Shown: positions 55,801-63,440 of the stretch, in pieces
Position numbering within the stretch: the stretch's first letter is position 1
Layout: each line of letters begins with the position of its first letter
NCBI GenBank assembly: GCA_036961205.1
Contig: JBALVI010000010.1
Span: 18,377-82,376 of the forward strand
DNA: 64,000 nt
Direction: 5' to 3'
Source of the DNA: Halioglobus sp.
GTDB lineage: Bacteria; Pseudomonadota; Gammaproteobacteria; Pseudomonadales; Halieaceae
Program-made: the position numbers and the translations under genes
Notes under the pieces: generated by a model
Databases searched by the model: none
Told to the model about the DNA's origin: nothing
What the model saw: only the letters and a program-made list of their open reading frames with translations

Positions 55801-55874
55801 CCAAACAACAGTAATGCCGCACTGAGCATATAGGCCAGTACCCGTCGGCGAACGAATAATTCGATAATATTCAC
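52833..55874 (-). CDS. RND efflux transporter permease (AcrB/HAE1-type)
   Basis: 1013 aa with a 12-TM architecture and two large loops. Overlaps the upstream adaptor gene by 4 nt. Confidence 0.95.
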   Translation of the reverse strand: MNIIELFVRRRVLAYMLSAALLLFGFIGLRGVGLDRLPNVNPPMITVTTVNPGASPEVMDASVSSVLESAVNAVAGIEHIQSVSTPGVSEVVVQFVFTKNPDVAFNEVQSKVNQVINDLPREAETPIVAKMDMNAEPIVWLVLKGDRALSELNQIARTRIKRQLENVNGVGGVSIGGGRERKIRVDLDLSRMAALGITAQDVMAAFTREHVQLPGGYLVGGMLEKLLYLDLEFHSTAELADLVVMWREQVPVKLSEIAAISDGLDDKRSVSRFNGEDALAIAVRKVRNSNTVAIVDEINERLNEVIIPSLPDGVELVVATDASGIISGTANALKNHILEGTLLAALVVWLFLLNLPATAIITTAIPVSLAGAVVMMFFGGYTFNIMTLSGLLLLIGVVVDDAIVVLENIHRHIEAGETDYEQAAIDGTNEVVFAVLAATLTLVCIFATVIFMQGMIGVFMRSFAVVVSVGVVASLFVSLSLTPALCARFLKQETREPGWLGKRITGFHQGLETLYRRLLGFSLSHRVIVLGLTAMLVWSTGWFMGQLGSEFFPGDDESRFLVKLKTPLGSSIDYMETKIDQVELILADVPEVQRVLSTVGSGQGSEVNQATLNVLLSAQTDRDRSQQAIMTQVRTLVQRVTGVQGFVGAYPMFGSTGEPFVAFITGPDLYRVAELAGAMEQRLKQIPDFGDVRMELKMDRPQLYFDVDRNRAQALGISTQQIGDTVRVLAGGADIAKYNTLPGDGERYDVRLAARRDSMQRARDLENVYLQGPANELLPLGSVVDIRESLGPASVNRFDLAFAAEFSSTPQMDLGQAVSEFEALGDELLPPGYRIALAGQAEELGKSVTAILFVFATGLILIYMVLASQFNSFLQPVLVMLAQPLAIVGGVIGLWVAGHTLNIYSMIGLVLLVGLVSKNSILLVDLINRYRNDGMDTATAIREACPRRMRPVLMTSLTIVLAMLPAAVGVGEGAGQYGPLAVAVIGGVVSSTLLTLLVVPVAYSLMDRWLVRQ

Positions 55875-56944
55875 TGCGCAGTGGTATCCACTTCGATACG
55901 ACTGCCGTCACTGAGCAGACCGGCACCTTCAATCACAATCTGGTCAGTCGCGGTAATGCCGCTAACAATTTCGACCCAACTCGCCTCGCGCCAACCGGAT
56001 GTAACAGGCGTCGCGCGAGCCTGACTACCATCCACCACAAACACCACCTGACTACCATCGCGGGTGACGATCGCCATCAGCGGCACCGTCAGGGCCTGCT
56101 CACGTCGCTCCACCACCAAGGTGGCATCAGTACTGGCGCCGGGCAGCCAACCTCCGGGGTTATCAAATTCAACGCTGATCTCTACCGCGCGGTTATGCAC
56201 CTTGATCTGGGGGTTCACCGCCGCCACCTCACCGATTGCCATCACACCGGGCGCCGCCGGGGTTGTCAGCTGCACCTCCTTGCCCACTGCTATACGGGCA
56301 GCATCCTGTTCAGGAAAGGCAATACGGGCGCGCAAACGATCCACGCTGACCAGATCGAACAAGGGCTGGCCAGCGATAACATAATCACCGGGCGAGATAT
56401 GTCGTCTAGTGACCAACCCATCCAGCGGCGCTACGATACGCGTTTTCGATTCCATGTACTGGTGCTGTTCCCACTGTTTGTTGGCAATATCGCGTTGCGC
56501 TGCCAGTATTTCCAGTTGTGCCTGCTCGTCTTCCAGCTTGTCACGGGACACGGACTGGGTTTCAGTTAGCTGTTGCAGGCGCTTCACTTCACTGTCCTGG
56601 TTGTCTACCAGCACACCGTAGCGCCTAACTTCTGCGGCGGCCTTGGCCGACTCGATCGCATGCAGGGTGCTGTCCAGAGCGGCGAGTAATTGACCCGCCT
56701 CTACCCGGTCACCCTCTCGCACCAAAATCTGCTCCACCTGTCCCGAGGCTTGTGCGGAGACGGTGGGGTCATTGATGCTCTCAACACTACCCAGTGCCGT
56801 TAATACATCATCGATATCGCGCTGCCGCGGCTGCGCCACTACTACAGACGTCACCCTCTCCTGGGCCTGTGGGGCCGCCTCCTGCGCTGAATCGCCACAG
56901 GCAGTGATAAAAACAAACAGGATTAAAGCCGATAGTAACTTCAC
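55871..56944 (-). CDS. RND efflux periplasmic adaptor (MFP) lipoprotein
   Basis: It has a lipobox (FITACG) and a coiled-coil middle region, with the typical HlyD_D23-like C-terminus. Confidence 0.9.
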   Translation of the reverse strand: MKLLSALILFVFITACGDSAQEAAPQAQERVTSVVVAQPRQRDIDDVLTALGSVESINDPTVSAQASGQVEQILVREGDRVEAGQLLAALDSTLHAIESAKAAAEVRRYGVLVDNQDSEVKRLQQLTETQSVSRDKLEDEQAQLEILAAQRDIANKQWEQHQYMESKTRIVAPLDGLVTRRHISPGDYVIAGQPLFDLVSVDRLRARIAFPEQDAARIAVGKEVQLTTPAAPGVMAIGEVAAVNPQIKVHNRAVEISVEFDNPGGWLPGASTDATLVVERREQALTVPLMAIVTRDGSQVVFVVDGSQARATPVTSGWREASWVEIVSGITATDQIVIEGAGLLSDGSRIEVDTTAQ

Positions 56945-57522
56945 GGTGTTCGTACTCCATTGAGTAGCAGGGCGACGATATGCTCTGCCAGATAGGGTAA
57001 TTTCTGATGCTTGGCGCGCCCGGTGTCCATTTGCGCCGACAACTTCCTGGCTTCAAGGTGGTGAAAGATCAGCCCGGTCAGGTCGAGAACCATCAGGTGG
57101 CTGTCCATATGCGGTGCCAGCTCTTGCATTAAGTCGATCAGGAACTGGTGGATCTCTGGAAACACACCGTCGGCCAATAGCTTCAACCGTTTCTGGTCGC
57201 CATCGAGCAGTTCACGAAAATAGATGCGGCGAAACTGGGTTTGTTTATCGAACAACTCAAGCAGACTGGACACAGTGACCGCCAATTGCGACTCGGGGTC
57301 TTGCTGCTGGCTGGCCATGCTGACCAGTTCCACCGTCTGGCCTTCGTAGAGGTATTCCACCGCGGCTATATACAGCGCTTCCTTACTGGTGAAGTGATGG
57401 TATATCGCGGCCTGGGTGATACCCGCGTTGCGAGAAATCTCGCGCATCGACACGCCGGTGAAACCGCGGTCGGCAAAAAGCTCGGCTGAAATGCCAAGAA
57501 GTTTCTTTTGGGTGGCTTCCAT
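56941..57522 (-). CDS. TetR/AcrR family transcriptional regulator
   Basis: The N-terminal HTH is FADRGFTGVSMREISRNAGITQAAIYHHFTSKEALY. It is the first gene of the efflux operon. Confidence 0.9.
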   Translation of the reverse strand: MEATQKKLLGISAELFADRGFTGVSMREISRNAGITQAAIYHHFTSKEALYIAAVEYLYEGQTVELVSMASQQQDPESQLAVTVSSLLELFDKQTQFRRIYFRELLDGDQKRLKLLADGVFPEIHQFLIDLMQELAPHMDSHLMVLDLTGLIFHHLEARKLSAQMDTGRAKHQKLPYLAEHIVALLLNGVRTP

Positions 57523-57776
57523 TAACTCTACCGACTGAACGTTCGTTTAGGAGAGTAATCGTTTATGCTTTTCAGGTCAATCTACGACAGGGTTTACAGG
57601 ACGGTTAACCAATGTCGCGTGGCGGGCTGAGGGGGCGCAGACCTAACACTAGACATTCACTGCGTACACTATCCGATCGATCCGACGCTGAAGTCATATC
57701 CTTAGACGCGCGTAGAAGCGTGTTTAATCTGTATAATCGCCGTTCACGCCCCCGCCACTCAATTAGACAGAGACCA

Positions 57777-58235
57777 ATGAGTAAGAAGACGATAGCCCTA
57801 CCCCAGCAATTTATATTCTCCACAGAGTACGACGTGCTCTATTCGGATGTGAACTCGGTCAACCATCTTGGTGCGGATCGCGTGCTACCCATCGCCATGG
57901 AAGCTCAGCTGCGATTTATCAAACATCTGGGCTACAGTGATGCCACCGCCTTTGAGGATGCAGGACTGATCATGGCGCACTCAGAGGTACTGTATCTTGC
58001 TGAGGCCCAGTACAGTGACCGACTGAAAATTGAATTGGCGACAGATAACTTTAAGCAAAAGAGCTTCGAGCTAATTTACCGAATCACAAATCTTTCCAGA
58101 GGTAGCGAGATGGCACGCGTGGCAACCACCCTCCTGTTCTTCAATTATCAGAATAAAAGCGTTATTGCCGTTCCGGAAACCTTTCTTGAGAGAATCAGAA
58201 AGGTAGAGACTGAACCCATCGTCGACCCGGCTTGA
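57777..58235 (+). CDS. hotdog-fold acyl-CoA thioesterase-like protein
   Basis: The ATG at 57777 (MSKKTIALPQQF...) is preferred, because the Arg/Ser-rich N-terminal extension of the track ORF looks non-coding. It carries YSDVNSVNHLGADRVL. Confidence 0.65.
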   Translation: MSKKTIALPQQFIFSTEYDVLYSDVNSVNHLGADRVLPIAMEAQLRFIKHLGYSDATAFEDAGLIMAHSEVLYLAEAQYSDRLKIELATDNFKQKSFELIYRITNLSRGSEMARVATTLLFFNYQNKSVIAVPETFLERIRKVETEPIVDPA

Positions 58236-58239
58236 TGCT

Positions 58240-58737
58240 ATGGATGGTGACTCTACAATGCCAGACAAGGAACCTTTCACTACTTACACCGAAGTGAAGC
58301 CAGAGTGGATCGACTTCAACGGCCACATGAACATGGGCTATTACCTGGTCGCTTTCGATCATATCGCCACTGACCGGTTCTACGACTCAATGAACATTGG
58401 CGTGGCTAACAATCGCGCACTGGGAACGACCACTTTCACCCTGGGCGCCAATATCGACTTCACCCGCGAAGTCATGAGCGGCAATAAGCTCCGCCTAACC
58501 AGCCAGCTGGCAGATTTCGATCACAAGCGCCTGCACTACATCCATTGTATGTACCACGCAGAAGAAGGCTATCTGGCGGCTACCAATGAATGCCTGGGTA
58601 TGTACATCGATCTTGAAACGCGCCGCAGCACCAGCTTCAACGATGAACAGATGGCCCGTTTCCAGCAGGAATTGGATCGAGGCCAGCAGTTCCCGCTACC
58701 GGAAGGGTTTGCACGCAAGCTGGGTATCCGGCGCTGA
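58240..58737 (+). CDS. thioesterase family protein (4HBT_2-like hotdog fold)
   Basis: It carries EWIDFNGHMNMGYYLVAFDHIATDRF. The start could be the ATG at 58258. Confidence 0.72.
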   Translation: MDGDSTMPDKEPFTTYTEVKPEWIDFNGHMNMGYYLVAFDHIATDRFYDSMNIGVANNRALGTTTFTLGANIDFTREVMSGNKLRLTSQLADFDHKRLHYIHCMYHAEEGYLAATNECLGMYIDLETRRSTSFNDEQMARFQQELDRGQQFPLPEGFARKLGIRR

Positions 58738-58774
58738 CCTGAATACAGGGAGATTGCCAGTACTCAACGAAGGA

Positions 58775-59539
58775 TTAGTTCGCGTTCGCGCAGACTACCC
58801 AGGTCGAGCCGGCGGCACTGAAAGTACTTCCACTACTTCTGTAGCGGACCTCCCAGCCACCGCCGTCAGGACGCGGGACACTACTATCCATAAACCAACT
58901 CGGATCGGCCACCGTTCCACCACCACCCAAAGCCTGCTTGCCGGCAGGACAGAACACCTGGCCGATGACGCTGTTACTGTTGACGGTGGCAAAAGCGTTC
59001 TGCACGATTTGATATCCGGGGATCGGTGCCGATGGGAAAAAATACCCCTGCACGTCGATCACCACGTTCTCGTCAGAATTCCTTGCGATGATGCCCAGTT
59101 CCCCACCAACGGGGCAATCCTCTGCGCTGCAGGCCGTGACAATCGTAGTATTGCCTATGGGCACTGAACCAAAATTGACCGTGGTCCCTGAACCAACGGG
59201 CGGAATGTCCTGGTCCGAGGGATAGGCAGACAGCGCTCCTCTGCCCGAGGAACTATCGGTTGGCACTGCGATAATATAAGCAGCGACAGCCACAGGTTTC
59301 TGCGCTTTAGGGTTCAGGCAGTCAACTTTCCCGCCCTGCCCCGCCAACTGCTCCGATGTACCTGCCACGCGAAAGTTGCGGTTGGTGTTCGCTTTGATAA
59401 AGCCCTCGCTGGCAATTCGAGTATCTGCAATCCGACAGGGCTCAACCGCAACGTAGATGAGGTCATCCTGCGCTTGAGCAGAATTGAAGCCAATAATCGC
59501 AAGGGTTACCCCGGCGGAAAAAGATAGCGTTTTTCGCAT
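58775..59539 (-). CDS. secreted hypothetical protein
   Basis: The ATG at 59539 has GGAG about 8 nt upstream. It has a signal peptide (MRKTLSFSAGVTLAIIGFNSAQA). It is Gly/Ser/Val-rich with several Cys. No family recognised. Confidence 0.6.
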   Translation of the reverse strand: MRKTLSFSAGVTLAIIGFNSAQAQDDLIYVAVEPCRIADTRIASEGFIKANTNRNFRVAGTSEQLAGQGGKVDCLNPKAQKPVAVAAYIIAVPTDSSSGRGALSAYPSDQDIPPVGSGTTVNFGSVPIGNTTIVTACSAEDCPVGGELGIIARNSDENVVIDVQGYFFPSAPIPGYQIVQNAFATVNSNSVIGQVFCPAGKQALGGGGTVADPSWFMDSSVPRPDGGGWEVRYRSSGSTFSAAGSTWVVCANAN

Positions 59540-59881
59540 GTTAAACTCCATGTATTGTGCAATTGTAATGTTTGTTATCCATGCTCGAAGCGCCATCAGT
59601 GTATTGTGCTTGCATAGTAACGCAATTTTTCTAAAGCACGTTATTAGACGAAGGTAGTCTTTTGCCGTATTCGCTTTCACGCGCTGAACCAGTTTGAGCT
59701 AATGGCCCCTTTTCGACTCATTTGGGACATTAGGATAGACTCTGGACAGCGTCTACTTGTTACTCACAGCGAGGCTTCACGAAAACACAGGTCGCCGCTT
59801 TTCATGAGAAACTTTCTATGCAGCAAACTGTTATGTGCAAGTTCACAGAATTCAGAGTATTAAACTAAGGGATGAAATTGA

Positions 59882-60286
59882 ATGAGTGATGTGTTTTTGA
59901 TCTTAGGATGCTTGATTTTCATATTATTGGGATCACTTCATTGGCATGGAGTCGCCTTTACAAACAAATTTGAACCGAAGGATGATTCACTTCTTGCAAA
60001 GCTTAAATCTAACTATTCGATAGTTACTGATCAGACGAGTATTTGGAATGGTATGGTCGGATTTCATATGAGCCATAGTTTAGGGCTAATCGTATTTGGT
60101 TTGTTCTATATTTCGTTGGTTCTCGAGAATCCCGCCTATTTGCAAGATTCTGTAGTATTGAATGTAGGGCTAATTTTCATCCCAATAATCTATATCCTTC
60201 TTGCTCACAAATATTGGTTTAGCATTCCAAGAAATGGATTTATTCTTAGTTTAGTTCTATTCATTACTTCGATAGTTTTGAGGTAG
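59882..60286 (+). CDS. hypothetical membrane protein in a low-GC islet
   Basis: 134 aa with four hydrophobic segments. GC is about 35% by hand count on the first 130 nt, against the mid-50s elsewhere. No family recognised. Confidence 0.55.
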   Translation: MSDVFLILGCLIFILLGSLHWHGVAFTNKFEPKDDSLLAKLKSNYSIVTDQTSIWNGMVGFHMSHSLGLIVFGLFYISLVLENPAYLQDSVVLNVGLIFIPIIYILLAHKYWFSIPRNGFILSLVLFITSIVLR

Positions 60287-60310
60287 AACACGTAACAAGG
60301 CGATAGAAAT

Positions 60311-60667
60311 CAAGGGGTCAGATTCCTTGGTCCTGGTTACGAGCTCTAGATCAGCTAACTCTCCCCATCCGGAAAATTGCGCAGCTCGATTGGCAAGCAG
60401 CACTACACTCTGGAAAAATCCCTCCCAAAAGGCCCAGCCTTTATTGGTCAATGATCTCAATTTCACCGGCACATATTCAGGGATACACTCGTCAAGCTTC
60501 GCTCTGCACTCAGCCTGCCGGGCATCTGCTATGACGCCTGGCACGGGGGATACTCGCTTCTACCTCATCCGAAGAACTCGAGTAATGCGAGATTAGCGGA
60601 TAGTTGAACAGTCAGAATTTTAGGTTGGAAGCCCAGAGTCGTTTATTTCAAGGACTCTGACCCCTTG
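60311..60667. repeat. pair of inverted 19-bp hairpin-forming repeats (18/19 identical) about 320 bp apart, plus an adjacent 12-bp tandem duplication
   Basis: The reverse complement of 60311-60329 (CAAGGGGTCAGATTCCTTG) matches 60649-60667 (CAAGGACTCTGACCCCTTG) with one mismatch. GACCCCTTGCAT is duplicated in tandem at 60659-60682. Confidence 0.5.
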
Positions 60668-60690
60668 CATGACCCCTTGCATAATTTGCT

Positions 60691-61350
60691 TTATCTCAGA
60701 CCTGAAGGCGCTCGCGGAACACCCAAGATAGCATTCGGTGAAATGGCACAGGGCTTACTGGACTCGTCCACTAGCTGAAAGGACGGGTTGCGCACCTGGA
60801 ACGTTCCATCAGCCTGGTGCGCAAAGCCTACATCCACTGTGCTGCTGTTTCCAGGGACTTTGAACACGACTTGCACTGGATACCAATCAGTCTTTCCGCT
60901 GCGAATCTCATGATCCATTATCGAGCGCAGAAGCAGCTTCCGCCCCTGCGACCTAGCGGCTATATTTAGACCATTACCTCTAACAAAATTCTCAGATCTC
61001 GTCGGCGGATGCTGCATGTTAAGCTTCAGCTCAGCGGTAAGTGCCATTTTTTTCCCAGCCAGCTTTTTGGCAGCGACGTTTTGCCTGAAGTAAAACCAGG
61101 GCTGTGTCCCTGTCTTATTGATCGTGAGTTCCCCATCATCAATCACCACTTCAAAGGAAGGCTCTCCTGCATGCTGGCTACTCTTCCAATACTTGAGATG
61201 CCCCGCTGAATTTCGCTCAACGAATATTGGGTCTTGCAGCAAATTTTCCGCCATCACCTCACAAAATTCGCCTTCCGCAGCACTGCCATAAGAGATCAAT
61301 GACAAAATAATAGCTGCCATCACTGGTTTCTTGCCTAAAGCCATAATCAT
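60691..61350 (-). CDS. secreted hypothetical protein (possible beta-sandwich / carbohydrate-binding-like fold)
   Basis: It has a signal-like N-terminus (MIMALGKKPVMAAIILSLISYGSAA). The start is uncertain (61350, 61344 or the track start 61416). No family recognised with confidence. Confidence 0.5.
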   Translation of the reverse strand: MIMALGKKPVMAAIILSLISYGSAAEGEFCEVMAENLLQDPIFVERNSAGHLKYWKSSQHAGEPSFEVVIDDGELTINKTGTQPWFYFRQNVAAKKLAGKKMALTAELKLNMQHPPTRSENFVRGNGLNIAARSQGRKLLLRSIMDHEIRSGKTDWYPVQVVFKVPGNSSTVDVGFAHQADGTFQVRNPSFQLVDESSKPCAISPNAILGVPRAPSGLR

Positions 61351-61454
61351 TGTTGTGATGCCTGCTGAATTTACTAGTGGAATCATACCGCACCTCACGC
61401 CGAATTCAGCGGCCACCTTACCACCCTGTTCATTTGATCGCCCCTAGTATCGAC

Positions 61455-62531
61455 CTACATCTGTGTAATCGTCTGATCAACGGTCATGAGTGCGCCTTCC
61501 AGATAACCGGCTTCAAGCTGGGCAAATTCGCTAGCTACCAGATGCAACTTTAAGGCTCCAAGCTCCTGTGTAAACTGTTTAATAAAAAACGCTGCGTGCC
61601 TTGGCGATTCCGAGCGGTCTTGCTCGGTAGCTACCCAATGATCTGCCGCCCAATCTGTCAGATAGGTCACATCTGGCTTGGCGGCCTGCTGGCCAAAAAG
61701 CTGTACTAATTGCGCCAGACACTTGCCTTTAAGTAGCTCTGCTGACATCTGATCCCGCAATGCCCAGGGAAGCCCCAAAAACCCAAACAGGGCGTGCCCC
61801 GTGTCGGGCATAGAAGAGGCGTCGTGTACTTCTACCAGCGGGCCAACTTGGCTGAAAGCCTGCCCCGCAAGGCCCTGCTTTCTCCAAAAAGGCTGGCTGT
61901 ATACCGCTACAAATTTGGCCTGGGCCGACATCCATGTTTGCTCTTTGCCAAGTGCATTGCATAGTTCTACTGAAAGATACCTTTCAGGACCAAGGGTGCT
62001 TGATATAATTCTGGGTGGTACCGCAAGCACAAGTTGCTCAGCTTGAAAGGTGTGTGTATTGCCGTCCTGCAGTGCCAATATACGCCACTGCCCGTCCACT
62101 TTTTGAATTTGTGAAACGGCATATCCGGTTTTGATCGTAGAGGTTTTCAAACTATCAGAAAGTGCAGTGATTAGTTTTTGCATACCGCCTTCTACGCGAT
62201 AGGATCGCATAGCTCCCGACCCTGCAGAGCGACTCGGCGCTTGATCTGCCCGTATTTGGTAAAGCACTTCGCCGGCAGTATATTGTTCAAACCATCCTAG
62301 ATTCAATTCCTCAAGCAAGTGCTTCATTCTGATTTGATGCGGCCAAAACCAGGTTGGGCCAAGGTCGACACCTAGTTTTGGATCCACCATAGTCGGCTTA
62401 CTTGAGATTCTGCCACCGAGGATCGATTTGGCTTCCAGTAATAAGAAAGGAGTACCTTGTTGCTGTAAACGCCAGGCGGCATAGAGGCCGGAGATCCCAC
62501 CACCTATGATTAACGTGTGTGTTTTTTGCAT
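61455..62531 (-). CDS. FAD-dependent amine oxidase family oxidoreductase
   Basis: The N-terminal dinucleotide fold is TLIIGGGISGLYAAWRLQQQGTPFLLLEAKSILGGR. Confidence 0.83.
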   Translation of the reverse strand: MQKTHTLIIGGGISGLYAAWRLQQQGTPFLLLEAKSILGGRISSKPTMVDPKLGVDLGPTWFWPHQIRMKHLLEELNLGWFEQYTAGEVLYQIRADQAPSRSAGSGAMRSYRVEGGMQKLITALSDSLKTSTIKTGYAVSQIQKVDGQWRILALQDGNTHTFQAEQLVLAVPPRIISSTLGPERYLSVELCNALGKEQTWMSAQAKFVAVYSQPFWRKQGLAGQAFSQVGPLVEVHDASSMPDTGHALFGFLGLPWALRDQMSAELLKGKCLAQLVQLFGQQAAKPDVTYLTDWAADHWVATEQDRSESPRHAAFFIKQFTQELGALKLHLVASEFAQLEAGYLEGALMTVDQTITQM

Positions 62532-62770
62532 TAAAATTTCTCTGAACCAGGGAAACCCGGCTAAGACTCAGCTTGAAGCGAAAGTATAGTCGGACTGCAT
62601 AGCTGATTATATCCGGTGAGAACCTGTGTCGCTCGTATGTATTGATCTGCCGACTCTATCGGGATCGGTGACTTAACTTGGCAATATCCTCTGATTAGTC
62701 AAATACGCCGTGCATCAATTATTGCGGCAAGCGATACTGCAGTTCTTGGCCCAATTATCGAACCCTCATT

Positions 62771-63247
62771 ATGCATTATCTGGTTAGCGCCATTGTTCAG
62801 AAACTACAGCTCGAACTCAGCACTGCTGTAGCTGCCAGTCAGCAAGCGCACGACAGTGCCACCCATTCTGAAAATATTGCCGCCAATAAGTATGACACCC
62901 TCGCTGTGGAAGCCGCCTATCTCGCCCATGGACAATCCATGCGTATTGCCGAACTCAAGCAATCAATAGCCCTCTACCAGCATTTCCAACGGCCCACCTT
63001 TAACGCGCGCGCCACTATTCAACTGGGCGCACTGGTCTGCATAGAAGATGATCAAGGACAACAAAGGCGCTTTCTGATTGGACCTGCCGCTGGCGGCTTG
63101 AGTATTGATAGTGAGCAAGGGGCCATACAGGTCATCACCCCTACGACTCCATTAGGGCAGGCATTAATGGGTAAACGTGTTGATGATGAGGTGGACTGGC
63201 AGATTAATCAGCGCAAAGAGTCTTACCGTGTTATGGCTATCGAGTAA
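62771..63247 (+). CDS. GreA/GreB-family (Rnk-like) protein
   Basis: 158 aa. The C-terminal block (VITPTTPLGQALMGKRVDDEV) resembles the GreA/B C-terminal domain. The N-terminal helical part has NKYDTLAVEAAYLAHGQ. Confidence 0.7.
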   Translation: MHYLVSAIVQKLQLELSTAVAASQQAHDSATHSENIAANKYDTLAVEAAYLAHGQSMRIAELKQSIALYQHFQRPTFNARATIQLGALVCIEDDQGQQRRFLIGPAAGGLSIDSEQGAIQVITPTTPLGQALMGKRVDDEVDWQINQRKESYRVMAIE

Positions 63248-63440
63248 AACGAACGGACATGGTGGCCTTCATGCTGGGGGTTCCGTCCGTGGAGCCAACT
63301 GGTACTGAAACCAGTCGTGCGTTGCTTCTAAAGGCGCGCCGTAAGCTATACGCGACGAGTTTTGATACACATGAGCAAGAGATTCGGGATCAACTGCAGG
63401 GCGTACTCGGTGAGCACGGATTCAATCATGAAACCGACAT

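Noticed and set aside
58586-59167. 193-aa plus-strand ORF
   Set aside because: It overlaps the end of the thioesterase gene and is antisense to the secreted-protein gene. Its Arg/Thr/Ser-rich composition is not protein-like.
60257-60596. 95-aa minus-strand and 89-aa plus-strand ORFs between the inverted repeats
   Set aside because: They mutually overlap, have no SD and match no recognisable family. The minus ORF reads through the left repeat and overlaps the end of the 59882 gene. The minus ORF could be a gene fragment, but I cannot support it.
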